This document shows, in pieces, positions 1 through 12,479 of a stretch of 64,000 bases of DNA. The stretch's first letter is position 1; the number at the start of each line of letters is the position of its first letter. A program made the position numbers and the translations under genes. Under the pieces are notes generated by a model. That model searched no databases and was not told where the DNA came from. It saw only the letters and a list, made by a program, of their open reading frames with translations. The stretch covers positions 7,113,251-7,177,250 of the forward strand of contig OZ316892.1 of assembly GCA_973895155.1 (NCBI GenBank), in the 5' to 3' direction. The DNA is from Marsupella aquatica (lineage: Eukaryota > Plantae > Marchantiophyta).

Positions 1-249
1 CCACGATTTTGTATAAGGACAACAAGTTACACAAAGTAACAAGGTGTGAATATACAAAAAATCATGTCAAATTTGTAAATACAATAAAACAATAAAAACA
101 ATGACAGTATTGTAAATTAGAACATCTTTTGTGGCAATGTAATTAAAACTTGTTTGTCCTTAATACTTTGTCTTTATCTAGAGTTAGGGTCTGGAGACTT
201 TACGCTAGAAGTCTGGACCCCAACTCTAGCTTCTGTTTGAGATTTATAA

Positions 250-350
250 GTAAGATTGGGGACACTTTTTTTAGTTTTTGCGTTGAAAGCCAAAACCAGA
301 CCCATCCAATAGAGGATAGATGTTCTGCTCCGGAGCATGCAATTTCACCA
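250..350 (-). mobile_element. 3' fragment of tRNA-like SINE family
   Basis: Reverse complement (GCATGCTCCGGAGCAGAACATCTATCCTCTATTGGATGGGTCTG, then A-rich tail) matches the ends of the copies at ~12860-12940 and ~48180-48250. Confidence 0.6.
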
Positions 351-811
351 AAGCAAACAAGAAATTGGGGGCACTTGTGAACTTTTTTCACCAATCAAAG
401 TGGAGGACCCAGTCCAATGTATTCTTTGGCTAAAGTTTTTCTGGCTCTGACAACGGTCGATCTTATAAGGACTTTAATGCAAATGACTCAGAATATGAAT
501 GGACCGAGGGGCCAAAAGAACACATCTCCAGCAGAGCTGATCTAAAATCTGGGACAAAAATGTGCTTCGCATAAGCAGAAATTGGGCCCCACTCCATTCC
601 ATGTAGGATCGACAGCCAATTAGGTTTAATGGATGGCCTTCATCACATCTCAGAACCAGTTAGGTTGAAACAAAAAAAAGGTGGAAAGTGCCACCAACAT
701 CTTATGAAGCAACTACCCAGAAACTCAGCAAACCTCATTTCCTGTGCTTTGTATTGGCAAAATTCACCAAATTGCACATCTCCCGAGGCAAGGAGCAAGT
801 GAACGCTAAGA

Positions 812-1120
812 CTGGAGTTCCAATTGAGCTCAAACAACAGTTAGGGCACTGTCAAGGGCCACAGCAACTGAATGATTCAAATTTCCCTCAAAGTTTTGGC
901 ACACTTATTTCCTCAAACTCTCCAATTTGGAGCCTACTCATTGCCCAAACCAGGCTAATTTTGGATCCACTGGAATTCCCATTGAGCTCAAACAACAGTG
1001 AGGGTGCTCTTAAGGGCCACAGGAACTGAATGGTTCAAATTTCCCTCAGAGTTTTGACACACCCCTGACTTGGCATTTCCTCAAAAACTCTCCAAGTTTT
1101 AACCTACTCATGGCCCAAAC
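812..1120. repeat. Diverged tandem duplication, period ~158 bp
   Basis: The block CTGGA.TTCC.ATTGAGCTCAAACAACAGT...TTCAAATTTCCCTCA.AGTTTTG.CACAC occurs at 812 and 970. Confidence 0.85.
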
Positions 1121-3068
1121 TGACTTTTTATCTCGAAGAACTTCACTGCTGCTCCTTTCCTCGAGGGTTGTAACAACAGGACCATTGCACAGCAATATCA
1201 TATGGTTGAGTGATTTCATTGCTGTGCCAATTTGTGATTACTAAACCACCTATTCCAGGAAGACTAAGTTGACAGCAGCAGTGCTTCATTAAGGTTACTC
1301 ACCTACAAACAAGCACTCCGAGTACCTGATAGGATGAATAGCAAAGCTGTGGGCTTGCTTTCTCACTGCAAGAAACAATTCTCAAGACAAATGCTATGCA
1401 TACTCTACAGGTCATGGAATCAAGGTACCAGAGTCTCATTTTTACAGACAAATCTTGATAAAAAAAAAGTTGCACATGTTGGGCAACCTAGCATGACATT
1501 CGGTGTACAGCATACCTGAGTTGCCTAAGACTACCATTTCCTTCACAACCCTGCCTTTCCCCTCTATAATCCATCTCCAACTTTTCCCTCTCCATCCAAT
1601 TCTCTACCTCTCATGGAATTCGAAATAAGATAAGTAATTCATGACAGGAGGCCTAAAACTTGTGCAGAGAGTCAATAAACTCCTACCCTACCTTTAGGTG
1701 AGAGCTTGTGAAACCTCCTGCTCATTTTCTGTGGCATTTATTTGTGACCCCTGTCAAAATTCTAATGACAGGGGAGTATCCCAATGCTTTTCTATTGCGT
1801 TCTGCTCAAGTCATTCCTAATAGCCATTGGACAAAGTAAGCAACAAACTGCGATCCCAATTCCAAAATTGTGAGATGCAGTGTGGCTGTCACCCTTCTGA
1901 AAAACGGAAAGCATGCATATCATGAACTGATGCATGCAGCACTGACATGTCCTCTGCCTCTTCCCCCTCAAATGCATAACTCAAGCTACGATAAAGGGAA
2001 GAAGGGTGCCTAAATCTGAACAACTATTACGAGATCTCATCGACTTAGCAGGCTAACGTAACTCAAACCCATGTAAGACGGAACACACCACCTCAATGTG
2101 GATATAATGAACTCCCTGCATTAGTGAAGAAATCTCGAGTCCAATGACCTACAGTGCTTAAAGATACTTGGGCATCCTGCACATCACCTCATGGGCATGT
2201 AAATTCATATCTTAAGTCACGGAACCTCTAGAGATCTGAAGTTATTGAGAGGATTGACACTTAAAGAGCTAATATCTCTTGCAAAATTATTCCAAGAAGT
2301 ATGTGCAACTTGTACATTGCCAACGCACTACCTTCCGATGTTGATTTAAGGTGGAGAAGAGCAATCTTCCCATCCACAGTCGCCATCTAAGTGAGCAAAA
2401 ATGTGAGAGCCTGGGGGAATCAGACAATTGGGCCGTAGTGATTGATTGTATTTTTTTGCAAACGAATACTTCTAAGTTTTTGCTATGCAACCAGTGGAAA
2501 ATAGGAAATCTTCAACACGAGACACAATGGAACTCGAATTGCACCACTGATAACTGCTGGGAGAATCGGTTACGTTCCGTCACGACCTCCCTAATCACTA
2601 TCACGACTAGGTCTACCACAAAAACCACGACATCTAAAAAAGTCTACATCACTGACTACTTCCTCCAAGCCTTCGTCAGACAGTCTTAATTTCAGCTCAT
2701 TGACCAACAAGATCTCACCAGAAAACCAAAATATTGCAGTTCAGAATCCTAAACAGAGGAACTCCAGCGAAGAACCGTTACGATGAATTAATCGAAACTC
2801 ATATCGTATCTTAATGACCATAATTAACTTGCTCATCAACTCGTATCCGGATCTAAAGACAGCTAAAACTAAAAGTTAGAAGTGAAACAATATTAGGGCT
2901 CATCTTCTGCTACTCTAGATTGGTCAAAACTTTTATGAAGTACTTGTGTTGATAAAATAGTCACGACTAAACCGTACGATTGCAGTTGCAGAGGACGGGG
3001 GCAGAAAATCAGTATCTGTATAAGAAACTGATAGTCCCCTCACAGATCAAAACAAGGACTGTTGAAGT

Positions 3069-3640
3069 TCAGGCTCCCCAGTGGATCCTAGCGGCTTTCA
3101 CCTTCTGCAGCCAACGCATATCCTCACTTTGCTCCTTGTCGGCTAGGAGAGTACCACGAGCTTTGATGAGCTTCTCAACCGGGCTTGGACCTCTTCATCC
3201 AATTGCCTGATCACAGTGACAAATGAAACAGAGTCCGATATCAGCTTTCGAACACGTTAATTTGAAAACGAAATCGACATGCCAGCACAAGTTTTCAGGT
3301 TAATGAAGAAACCGATGACAACACTCTCCTAAAGTCAAGTCAACGAACTTACAGAAAGTTAGGCCCAGCGTCTCCCGCTTCCTTACTGTCTTTATCCTCC
3401 CAGAAATTGCTCTGCTATAAAGTGATCTCAGTCCCATAAGATGCTGCAATTATTTCTAGTGTGGGTCTAGTTATTGTGATGCTCATGTTAACACAAGAAC
3501 CCATGCCATTGTCATACATATCGTCATCTTCACTGTTCACATCCTCCTCCGGATTTTCACCGTCAGCATAGGCATCTGCCTGATATAGAGGAACTGACTC
3601 TTCTTTCCCGGGTCCTTCTATAAACTAACTGGAACTGACT
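3069..3640 (-). pseudogene. Mitochondrial glycoprotein (MAM33/p32/C1QBP family) pseudogene, C-terminal part
   Basis: Minus strand reads EEDVNSEDDDMYDNGMGSCVNMSITITRPTLEIIAASYGTEITL*QSNFWEDKDSKEAGDAGPNF, then a GT-AG intron (3352-3207), LQLDEEVQAR, a frameshift, and EKLIKARG..LADKEQSEDMRWLQKVK. This matches the MAM33 motifs GPxF..LDE..Q and ..RG...KE..EY..WL..VK. It has an in-frame TAG at 3415-3417. Confidence 0.75.
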
Positions 3641-4352
3641 CTTCTACTAAACTTCCCAGATCTCGGGGATCTCTCATATTAGTCCAGCTTCGGTACTCTC
3701 CAGAAGACGAGATCGAGTAGAGGACAACCTTCTGATGCGGACACGCATTATGGCAACATGGAGTGAAAGCGAATGGAAAACATCACTTGCATTGCTCTCC
3801 TCAAGTGAAAAAGAGTTCCCACCCTTTCGGAGTGTCTATCCAAGCTTACATTTCCAGATCAGGAACGCACAGAATAGCGAGTAGGACAGGGAGAACCGAA
3901 TCAAATACCCTAAAGAACGCAAAGCCGAGAGCGATCCAAATCATTAGCACATGCTGCTTAACCTGCGTTGAATCATAATCAAATGTAGCTTAGACAAGGG
4001 GCAAGGACAACCTTGGTGCAGTTTATATGTTATCATGATGCCCGTTCCTTCATGACAAGAGTGAACAATTCGAATGTAGCGTGCTATGCTCTTTTGCGAT
4101 TAAGTATCGTCAACATCTCCTGCGTTCATGCACTTTCACTCCACCTGGAGACCACGTCTTTCTCTCCCATGTATGCATTTTGCACTGGATGTACAGTCTG
4201 TTAATGCCTTGAGGCAACAAAATCCATCCCTGGACAAGAGGTACCACTCAGGCGCTGTAAGGGGCCCGGAAAAAATGGTGGAAGACTCACCACAGAGAGG
4301 ATACCATTTCAGACCGAAACTTAAACTGAAAGGCCTCCCGGCAGGCCAAAGA

Positions 4353-5450
4353 TCAATCTTCAGCTGCCTTGTGATAGATTTTCCAAATATGGAAGCCATA
4401 ACCAAGACGGATAAGCACAAGCTCAAACGCCATGTGAACTATGCTTGATAGCTTAACCTTTGATCCAGGAATTTCAGTCCAAGTTACGGCAACTTCCAGA
4501 ACTGGAATGTGCAAGTTTTTGCACAAATACAAAAGCTCCACGTCAAACGAGAATCTCTTGAGGCGCATGTTCAGGAAAAGACGACGAGCTGCAGAGCGAG
4601 TGAACATTTTGAACCCACACTGTGTATCTCGAACTCCCGGCCCAGCCACCAAAAGGACAAAAACATGAAAACCCTTCATTAGCACGGTGCGATACCAGCT
4701 CCTTGTGGCAAGAGCCTGTTTCTCCAGATGGGCACGTGAGCCAAATGCTGTTACGGGTACCTGAACGAAACCTTTGTCGGCACCTGAAGCAGTTGAGACT
4801 TTTGAAGGAGATGAAGCTGGTGAAGCCAGTAAAGCTGTTGCAGCAGTAGAACTGTTGGCGGCGACAATTTTATTTGCCATGACCTTCATCTCATTCTCTA
4901 GCTTCCCAAGTTCAGTTATCTTTGTTGCCCCATCTGCATCAAGCATTAGAAGAAGCTGCCCACGAGAACAAAGCATTCCCTTTCTTACAGCTGCCCCTTT
5001 TCCATGATTTACGCCCTGCTTAATGACTCGCACCACATCTAGCTTGAACTTTTTTACGTACTCAAATGCCACTTTCACTGTGTTGTCAGTGCTTCCATCA
5101 TCAACGATAATGATCTCGTAAGTAAATGCTCTATCATGTTTTGCACGGTCCTGAAGGTATTGTAGAGTCTCATCCAGAGTACTGGACAATCTGGCCTCTT
5201 CATTATAAGCAGGAATCACCAATGAGATGTACTTTTCTGCAGGTCCAAAAATTGAAGGAAACGGGTGGGTCTCCAGAGACGTAGGGTCCTCCAGTAGCGG
5301 AGTTTGTTCACTTGCTCTAGTACCAGCTTCTAAAATACGAATCCAATCCAATACGTAGGTCATCAACCACAAGATGAGCAATGATATTAGAACAATGCCT
5401 ACGTTGACAGCAGGCGACAGCAGTTGTGGCAGTGGCAGTGGCAGCGCCAT
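4353..5450 (-). CDS. ALG5: Dolichyl-phosphate beta-glucosyltransferase (GT2), single-exon CDS
   Basis: 365-aa ORF from ATG 5450 with an N-terminal TM and ALG5 motifs SLVIPAYNEE, IIVDDGS, NHGKGAAVR, LMLDADGAT, FGSRAHLE, DTQCGFKMF, FDVELL and WTEIPGSK. The longer ORF from 5693 is probably 5' UTR. Confidence 0.93.
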   Translation of the reverse strand: MALPLPLPQLLSPAVNVGIVLISLLILWLMTYVLDWIRILEAGTRASEQTPLLEDPTSLETHPFPSIFGPAEKYISLVIPAYNEEARLSSTLDETLQYLQDRAKHDRAFTYEIIIVDDGSTDNTVKVAFEYVKKFKLDVVRVIKQGVNHGKGAAVRKGMLCSRGQLLLMLDADGATKITELGKLENEMKVMANKIVAANSSTAATALLASPASSPSKVSTASGADKGFVQVPVTAFGSRAHLEKQALATRSWYRTVLMKGFHVFVLLVAGPGVRDTQCGFKMFTRSAARRLFLNMRLKRFSFDVELLYLCKNLHIPVLEVAVTWTEIPGSKVKLSSIVHMAFELVLIRLGYGFHIWKIYHKAAED

Positions 5451-7578
5451 GATGTTCGGTAGCCGTCTGTAGGACCGAGCCCGGTGCTGCCTGCCAGGGT
5501 TATTTTCCTGTCCAAAATGATGACGTCGGTGGGGCGAGGAGATTCCAAGCACGCCACTCAAAACTAAGCAGCGTGTGGTTGCAACGTGAGGCTTCGACCA
5601 ACATCGGTTCAGCTTCTTCTCACTCAACTTGTTGAAGGATCGCCATTTCTGTCGGGGACTCAAACAGATATGCTGGCTGAATGGCGATTGCATGTCCCTC
5701 TATTCTGCCATCTGTTCACCATTCACAAATGCCTGGAATGCAAATGATATATGCCACCCTGGAATGCAACAAGACGCAAAACAACACAGACATCAGAGGG
5801 GGTTCAAAACTTTACCATCGTGAGAGGATACGGAACTGATCAAAACCTATTAACCGAAGAGCCTCGACTATCCTCCAATTTAATGTACATGATTCAACAA
5901 GGTCAGCTTCTACTCGTCTCAGAAAGGCGGCAAGGCGGCAAAAGAGTAGCCAAGAAACTAGACCCATAAATTGATGAGGAATCCCTAATTTGCGGCATGG
6001 CCATAAACCCAGCCTTAAAAGAAGTCAAACAAAACCTGTTGCTTCATGGTCCTCACAGACTTTTGCTGGGGTTTAAGGCGAGTTCAACTAGCTTCGGAAA
6101 ATTCGTACAAACCCCAAACTGTTCTCCTGTCCGAGTTAAAAGTTCAGGATTACTATATGCCCCGGCACTAGAAGAGCGGATTTCAGCACCAAATCCCCAG
6201 AATTCCCTTCTTCTCAGCCAGAACAATTCTCAAGGATTGAATGAGAGGGAATAGAAAATTTACGGTAGTTCGTCTTCATCGTTTCCTTTAATAGTACAAC
6301 CAAAGACATCCCAGCTGCCCAGCAGCTAACAGTGAACGGTAAAATTCAGAAGATAATGAGAACAATTCTCGTAGAACGCACGAGCTCCATCAACAACCAC
6401 CTAACACCAGGCCCGGAGGAGGAGCACCGATCATGACCTAGGGAAAGAACGTAGACGAGCTTTCGAAACTAAGTCACAACGATTACCTGCGTTTCCTTCA
6501 AAGAGATGACCACAAAACTATTCAAATTCCGAGCACAAGGACACATTTCTTCTTATTTTACCAGAGAGCTCAAGGCTTCTTCCACTTCCCCTCAAAACAC
6601 ACTTGACCTTAAGAACAAATGTAAAACAATTCATTCTCTCATTCTCGGTGGGCTACCTCAGACAAAAACGACGTACACTCGTGACTGACCTCTGTCCGTC
6701 ACCGTCTCTCTCCTCTGAACTGGAGAGCTTCTCCTCAAATCCCACAAGCAAAAAGCAGTACCAGCAATCCAGCTTCACTCCGTCTTGTCATCTCCTTCTT
6801 CACTGAAAATCATCTCTTAAAAGGCCATCATTGACCAAGACCTCAAACGCAAATCAACTTTGCAACTTTGCAACTTTAATCGAATTTAGAGTCCATTTCT
6901 TTGCTCGGATCATCATCTGAGGCCGGCCTGCCTTCCTTCCTTCGTCCTCCTCCTCTCCTCCCCTTACATACAAACCCAGACCCCGACGAATTTCGTCTAT
7001 CCGTCCCCTAATATCAGGGATCCCAGCCGATCCGTTCAGGCACAGCCCAAAACTGAAACAAAGCTCCGGAAACCTCATCACCGACAAACATCTGAACGTT
7101 TCTAAGCCGTTCAAAGCAGGAGCAGCAGTGTGTTTGACCTCATTCTGGAGCTCACTGATCCGGAGTATTAAAAATGGTTTTGGATCGCTGGTCAAATGAC
7201 GAAAAGCCAGGTACAGACAACATCACCACCGTGGTCATGCACGCCATGGCAATTCTGGAGACACCATTCCGCGTCGAGGATCGGTCTTGGCTTGGCTTCA
7301 GGACTTCTGCTGCTCTGTTGCAGTCTACTGCTTCTGCTGTCCCTTATAGTGTCACTGTGTCTGCCCAGAAAATACTCAGTAGGTGGTCACAAGGCTACAG
7401 TCGGTGGTCACAATAGGCTAACTATTATTTTTTAATACCAAATCTACTGTATTTGTCCAAGAACTGAATTAGTTCTTTAGGGACTTTACTGAGAATCAAA
7501 GAGGACTCTCTTTTCAATACAGTTTGCAGTAGCGGCTTGGCTCTTGGGCCCATCTGTGAGAAGTCGTATAAGCCTTTA

Positions 7579-8678
7579 CGGGACAGTTTTGAGATTTCGC
7601 AACTCAATTTGGGTAGTAACTTTCTCCGGGAGATTCGGATTTGCGAATTCTTGACGGCTTTGGAAAGATCTTGGCGAGGCGGTGAAGATCGATACGACTT
7701 GCGCCCCAAACGGTCACCGTATGAGTGAATTATATCGGATTTAAGTTTCGTCATTTTTTCACTTTTTCTGCACGTTTGGCGATTTCGACGATTTCGTGAC
7801 TCAATTTGGGTCGTAACTTTTTCCGGGAGTTTCAGATTTGGGAGTTCTTGATGGCTTTGGAAAGATCTTGGCGAGGCGGCAGGAACGGTAAGGAACAAAG
7901 CTGAAGCGCCGGTTGAGCTGTCCGTTGGGGAGTCCACGCGAGTGAAGATCCGTCCTCTGGATTGAACGTGCGACTACAGCTCCCGAAGGCGACAACCAAT
8001 TGGAGGAGAAAGCGAAGGCCTAAAGCCGATGTGACTCGCTCATACGTTGACCCAAATCGAGTCGTGAAGACGACAAGATCGCCAAACGCGCAGCCAATGT
8101 GAAAAAACGGTGAAACCTAAATCTGACGTAACTCACTCAATTGGTGACCGTTTGGGGCGCAATTCATATCGATCTTCACTGCCTCACCAAGATCTTTCCA
8201 AAGCCGTCAAGAACACCCAGATCCGAAACTCCTGGAGAAAGTTACTACTCAAATTGAGTCGCAAAATCGCCAAAATCATCAAACGCGCAGAAAAAGTGAA
8301 AAAATGACGAAACCTAAATCCGATGTAACTCGGTCATAGGTGACCGTTTGGGGTGCAAGTCATAACGATCTTCACCGCCTCACCAATATCTTTCCAAAGC
8401 CATCAAGAACTCCCAGATCCGAAACTCCTGGAGAAAGTTACGACCCAAATTGAGTCACGAAATCGCCCAAATCGCCAAACGCGCAGAAAAAGTGAAAAAA
8501 AAACGGCGAAACTTCAATCCAATGTAATTCGCTCATACGGTGACCGTTTGGGGCGCAAGTCGTATCGATCTTCACCATCTCGCCAAGATCTTTCCAAACC
8601 CGTCAAGAACTCCCAAATCCGAATCTCCCGAAGAAAATTACGACCCAAATTGAGTCGCAAAATCTCAAAACTGTCCCC
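7579..8678. mobile_element. Foldback/MITE-like non-autonomous DNA transposon with long modular TIRs
   Basis: Left end GGGACAGTTTTGAGATTTCGCAACTCAATTTGGGT is the reverse complement of right end ACCCAAATTGAGTCGCAAAATCTCAAAACTGTCCC. Arms are built from ~197-bp units (GGTGACCGTTTGGGG at 8142, 8339, 8539), ~1.5 units left and ~3 right. TA flanks both ends. Confidence 0.85.
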
Positions 8679-8689
8679 TAGTCTCCTCT

Positions 8690-11600
8690 CCTTGCAAAGC
8701 AGACCATCAAGCAGACCATCAAGCAGCTAGGCTAGCGGTGGCGTCGTTTCTCGGCCTGATGCGGTGGGCTCTCTCCATCGCCTCCCTTTTCTTTTCACCT
8801 ACCTCGGTTGGGCCTTTTGTCGCTTCTTGATGCATTTTTGCTTTTATCGGATTGCGGCCTGTCATGTCTGCGTTGAGAGTGTTGGCGCGGGGCAAGCGCC
8901 CAGCCCCACCCCACACTTCTCCCCCGTCCTCCCCTCCCCCTCATGGCCGTCTTCGTGTTTCCTCTTCTTCACTGAATCTTTCTCATCTTCGTGATGACCC
9001 CATGCCCGATGCTCTGCCAGTCCCGCCCATCTACTGCCCACCCCATCGTCACCCTGGCTCCTCTCCCCACCCATTCCCTCTCCACCCATTCATCATCCTC
9101 CTCCGGCCTCCTCGTTCCACCCCCACCTCCTATCCAGTCTTTCCCTGCTCCCTCCCCGGACGAGCGTCCCCTGCATACTTGTCCTGAACGTGGATGGGTT
9201 GGCATCTCCCTCCCTCATCATCGCGGGCGGGGCCGGTGCCATCGTCGCCAGCAAGCACAATCCCAGCCTCAGCCCCCTATTGACCCGGTTAGCTCTGCCC
9301 CTCCCTCCTTGGAGGCTCCCGAGCAGGCATGGAGCTGGGTTCGCACTCTAGACCCCCTTCCAGCCTACCATCCAGGGTACATTAGACCTCGCCTTTATAA
9401 CCACATTCCTCTGGCGTTGCGCCCTTTAGTTCGATCCTCCTTGTTGCAACTCATGCAGCTTATCTTGGCGCATCCTATGGAGGTCTCCTACTGGTCTTTA
9501 CTGATGCTTTTTCCACAATGGTCTCTTACCCTCCCTAGTCATGGTGGTCGTGTGGGTCACCATGAGACTGCCTCTCGTATCCATCGTTTTTTGCGGGGAG
9601 ATTGGGAGCAGCTTGAGGAAGAGTACTTTCTTCGCGCCCAGTCTTTTACCGCCCGTGCTTTGTCTGACCCAGCCCGCCACTCTCATCCCCCTGAGCATAG
9701 ACGTCTTCGTCGCTCTTGTCGTTTAGCCCAGGCTGGTGAATATCGTCGGGCTGTCCAGGCCCTTTCTCCCACCACACCAGCCCCCCCTGGCGAGGTCATT
9801 TCATCGGCCCTTCAAGATCTCCATCCGCAGCCCCATGATCATCTCCCTTTGTTCGTAGGGATTTTGAGCCTGAGGAGGATCTTCAGTTTAGTCGGGACCA
9901 CTTCACCTATGCCTTCCTCCATGCCCCGCGTTGCGTTGCTGGTGGCCCCTCCGGCTATGTCTTTGAGCATTTTGGGGATTTATTCCCCCTTGAGGATCCT
10001 CAGTTGGGTCTTCCAGTTTTCTTCTCTTTTTGCCAATGTATTGCAGCCGGTCGTTTGCCTCCTCCCGTCTCTCGGCTCTTCAGTGCTTCTCGTTTATTGG
10101 CCATGGCTAAGTCTTCATCGGGTGTTCGGCCAATTGCTATTGGGGAGGTTTTTCTTCGGCTTGTGTCTCGCACACTTTCCTCACAGTTTCGCTCTGCACT
10201 ATCGGATCATCTCTCTCCACATCAGTTTGCAGTTGGCGTTCCTGGCGGTTGTGAGACAGTTATTGCGGGTATTCGAGCTACCTTGGACCTCCACCCTGAT
10301 TGGGTTGTCCTCCAGGTTGATGTCTCCAACGCTTTTAATACGGTTTCTCGGGCAGCCATTTTTCGTGCTTTGAGGGTGGCAGATCCAGACATCCAGTCCC
10401 TGATCTCCTTTGTCCGTTATTTTTATGGGCTCGAGGCCCCACTCTTCTATAGTCATCACTCCTCTACAGGTGTGTATACCACTCTTTCCTCTGCAGAAGG
10501 TACTCGTCAGGGTGACCCATTGGGTGGGCCTCTTTTTGCCATTGCCCATTTTACAGCTTTACGGGAAGCCACCATGGCCCACCCCCAATGTATCTTCCCC
10601 TCCCTTTCAGATGACACCCACATCATTGGTCCTCCTGCCGCGGTTACTTTTGCCCTCGCCACTCTTTCCACCCATTTGATGGGCCTCGGTTTACGAGTTC
10701 AGCTTGTGAAGAGTCGTGGATGGAGTCCAGCTGGGTTACCCTCTGATCTTGCGCTTCCCCCAGGGTTCTTATGTCCCGCCAATGGTCTTCGGGTCCTTGG
10801 CTCCCCAGTCGGTACCGCCTCCTTTTGCTCCTCTTTCATCGCTGACTCTCTATAGGCTGCCTTAGCCTCTACTCCTATGCTCCCTAAGTTAGCAGATTCT
10901 CAGACAGCATTTGGGATGTTGTTGCGGTGCATCCACCCTCGTGCGTCTTATCTGGCTAGGACGCATCCCCCTACCGAGGATCTTTGTCTCCACCTTCGAG
11001 CATTTGATGTCTCCATTCGTCAGACCCTGGCCTCTCTTTTGGGGTCAGGTACGTTGCTTTCATCTTCGTGGCTTCATCGACAACTCAGTCTTCCTATTTC
11101 GCAGGGTGGTTTGGGGCTTACTTCCATTGAGAGCCTTGCACCTTTGGCCTTTTTGGGTGCGTGGGCGGCCGCCTTCTCATTGTTGGCCGATCGTTTTCTT
11201 ATTGAGGATCGCCCCTTTTTACTTTCATCTCTCATGGAGGTAGAGGAGGGTTCCCTCCCGTTTCAGGTTCATTTGCGCGCAGCGCGGTCCTCATTACCAG
11301 ATCCCGTTCGTGCCGCGTTACCTTCTTTTCAGGAGTTTTTATCCTTGGATCCCGTTCGTCTTCAGGCAGACCTCGCTGGGCGTATGCACGCTTTCACCCT
11401 TTCCAGCATCCTCTCCGAGGCACCTGACACGGACCGAGCTCGGATTCTTTCTTTCGGAGGGAAGGCGCAGGTGGATGGCTTCAGGCCAATCCAGTCATTC
11501 CTCATTTGCGGATGTCTTCAACGGAATTCTCCACAGCCATGCGTCTTCGTATGGGGCTGCCCCACCCACTTCTTGCAGGTTTACCTCCTTCTTGCACTTG

Positions 11601-12470
11601 TGGGAAGCCTTGTGATGCCACAGGTGTCCATCTTCTTCGGTGCAGTTTGGGAGGTGAAACCATTATTGTTCACGATGTTGTGTGAGATGCGACTGCTCAA
11701 GTTCTCTCTGGCTCTTTGGTATGCGTGCGGCAGGAGGTGGTACTCGAGTTACCTGGTCCTCCATCACAGCGGTTACGGGTGGATCTTACCATGGTCCGTG
11801 AGGGTCAACGTACATTGGCAGATGTAGTGGTGGCAAACCCATTGCGCCAAGACATCATTGGGACAGCGGCAACTATGGCAGGGGCAGCAGCGTCACGTGC
11901 GGCAACAACGAAGGAGGCCAAATATGCTGCACGAGCTTCATCCGACAGCTTCCTCCCCCTTGCTCTAGAGCTATTTGGGCGTCTTCATCCTCTGTTTGAT
12001 GGGCTTCTTCGGCAAGCTGCCCGAGATGTTCATGGCCGCATGGGTCCCACCGGACCCCCGCTTTCTATTTTGACCATGCACTTTCGCCAACGCATTTCAG
12101 TCACCGTGCTCAAGCTCGGGCCATCTATCGTCGATCTCTTACAGTGGGTGCTAGTGTGCCTCCGCAGCGGCTAGCTCCCCTCGAGGATGTTCCAATCCCA
12201 CTTGCCGATCTAGTTTTGACCCTTGATGTGGACCAGTAGCTTTTTGCCACATTCGCTAGGAATGATGAGGACCTCGGTCCGCTTGGGTTAGTTTTAGTCT
12301 CTCTTTCTTGGTTTTTAGGGGTTCCCTATTGCTCATTTCTTACTTTTAGTTCCTCTTTCTTGGTGTTTAGTGGTTCCCTTTTGCTCACTTCTTTTTCGAT
12401 TGGTTTGTCCACTTGGGCCCTCTTTTGTTTGTTCATTTGTACTCTGATTGGTCCCTTTGTATATAAAAAG
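8690..12470 (+). mobile_element. CRE-clade non-LTR retrotransposon (RT + CCHC + restriction-like endonuclease), disrupted
   Basis: RT motifs AGGPSG, GVRPIAIGEVFLRL, QFAVGVPGGCE, VDVSNAFNTVSR, GTRQGDPLGGPLF, SLSDDTHI and LPISQGGLGL are followed by CTCGKPCDATGVHLLRC...H and an RLE region RVDL..LADVVVANP..KEAKY..FLPLALELFGRL. Frameshifts at ~9855, ~11460 and ~12110; stops at 10853 and ~11683. ORF ends 12239; a T-rich 3' UTR ends in TATATAAAAA. Confidence 0.9.
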
Positions 12471-12479
12471 TGTGTATAT

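Noticed and set aside
3170-3206. In-frame TGA in AIG*RGP as possible selenocysteine
   Set aside because: Better explained by a frameshift in the MAM33 pseudogene; land plants lack the Sec machinery.
5451-5693. N-terminal extension of the 446-aa ALG5 ORF
   Set aside because: No ALG5-like features; the ATG at 5450 directly precedes the TM segment.
7425-8730. Basic ORFs (170, 65, 125 aa) similar to each other
   Set aside because: These are translations of the foldback subrepeats with no transposase motifs.
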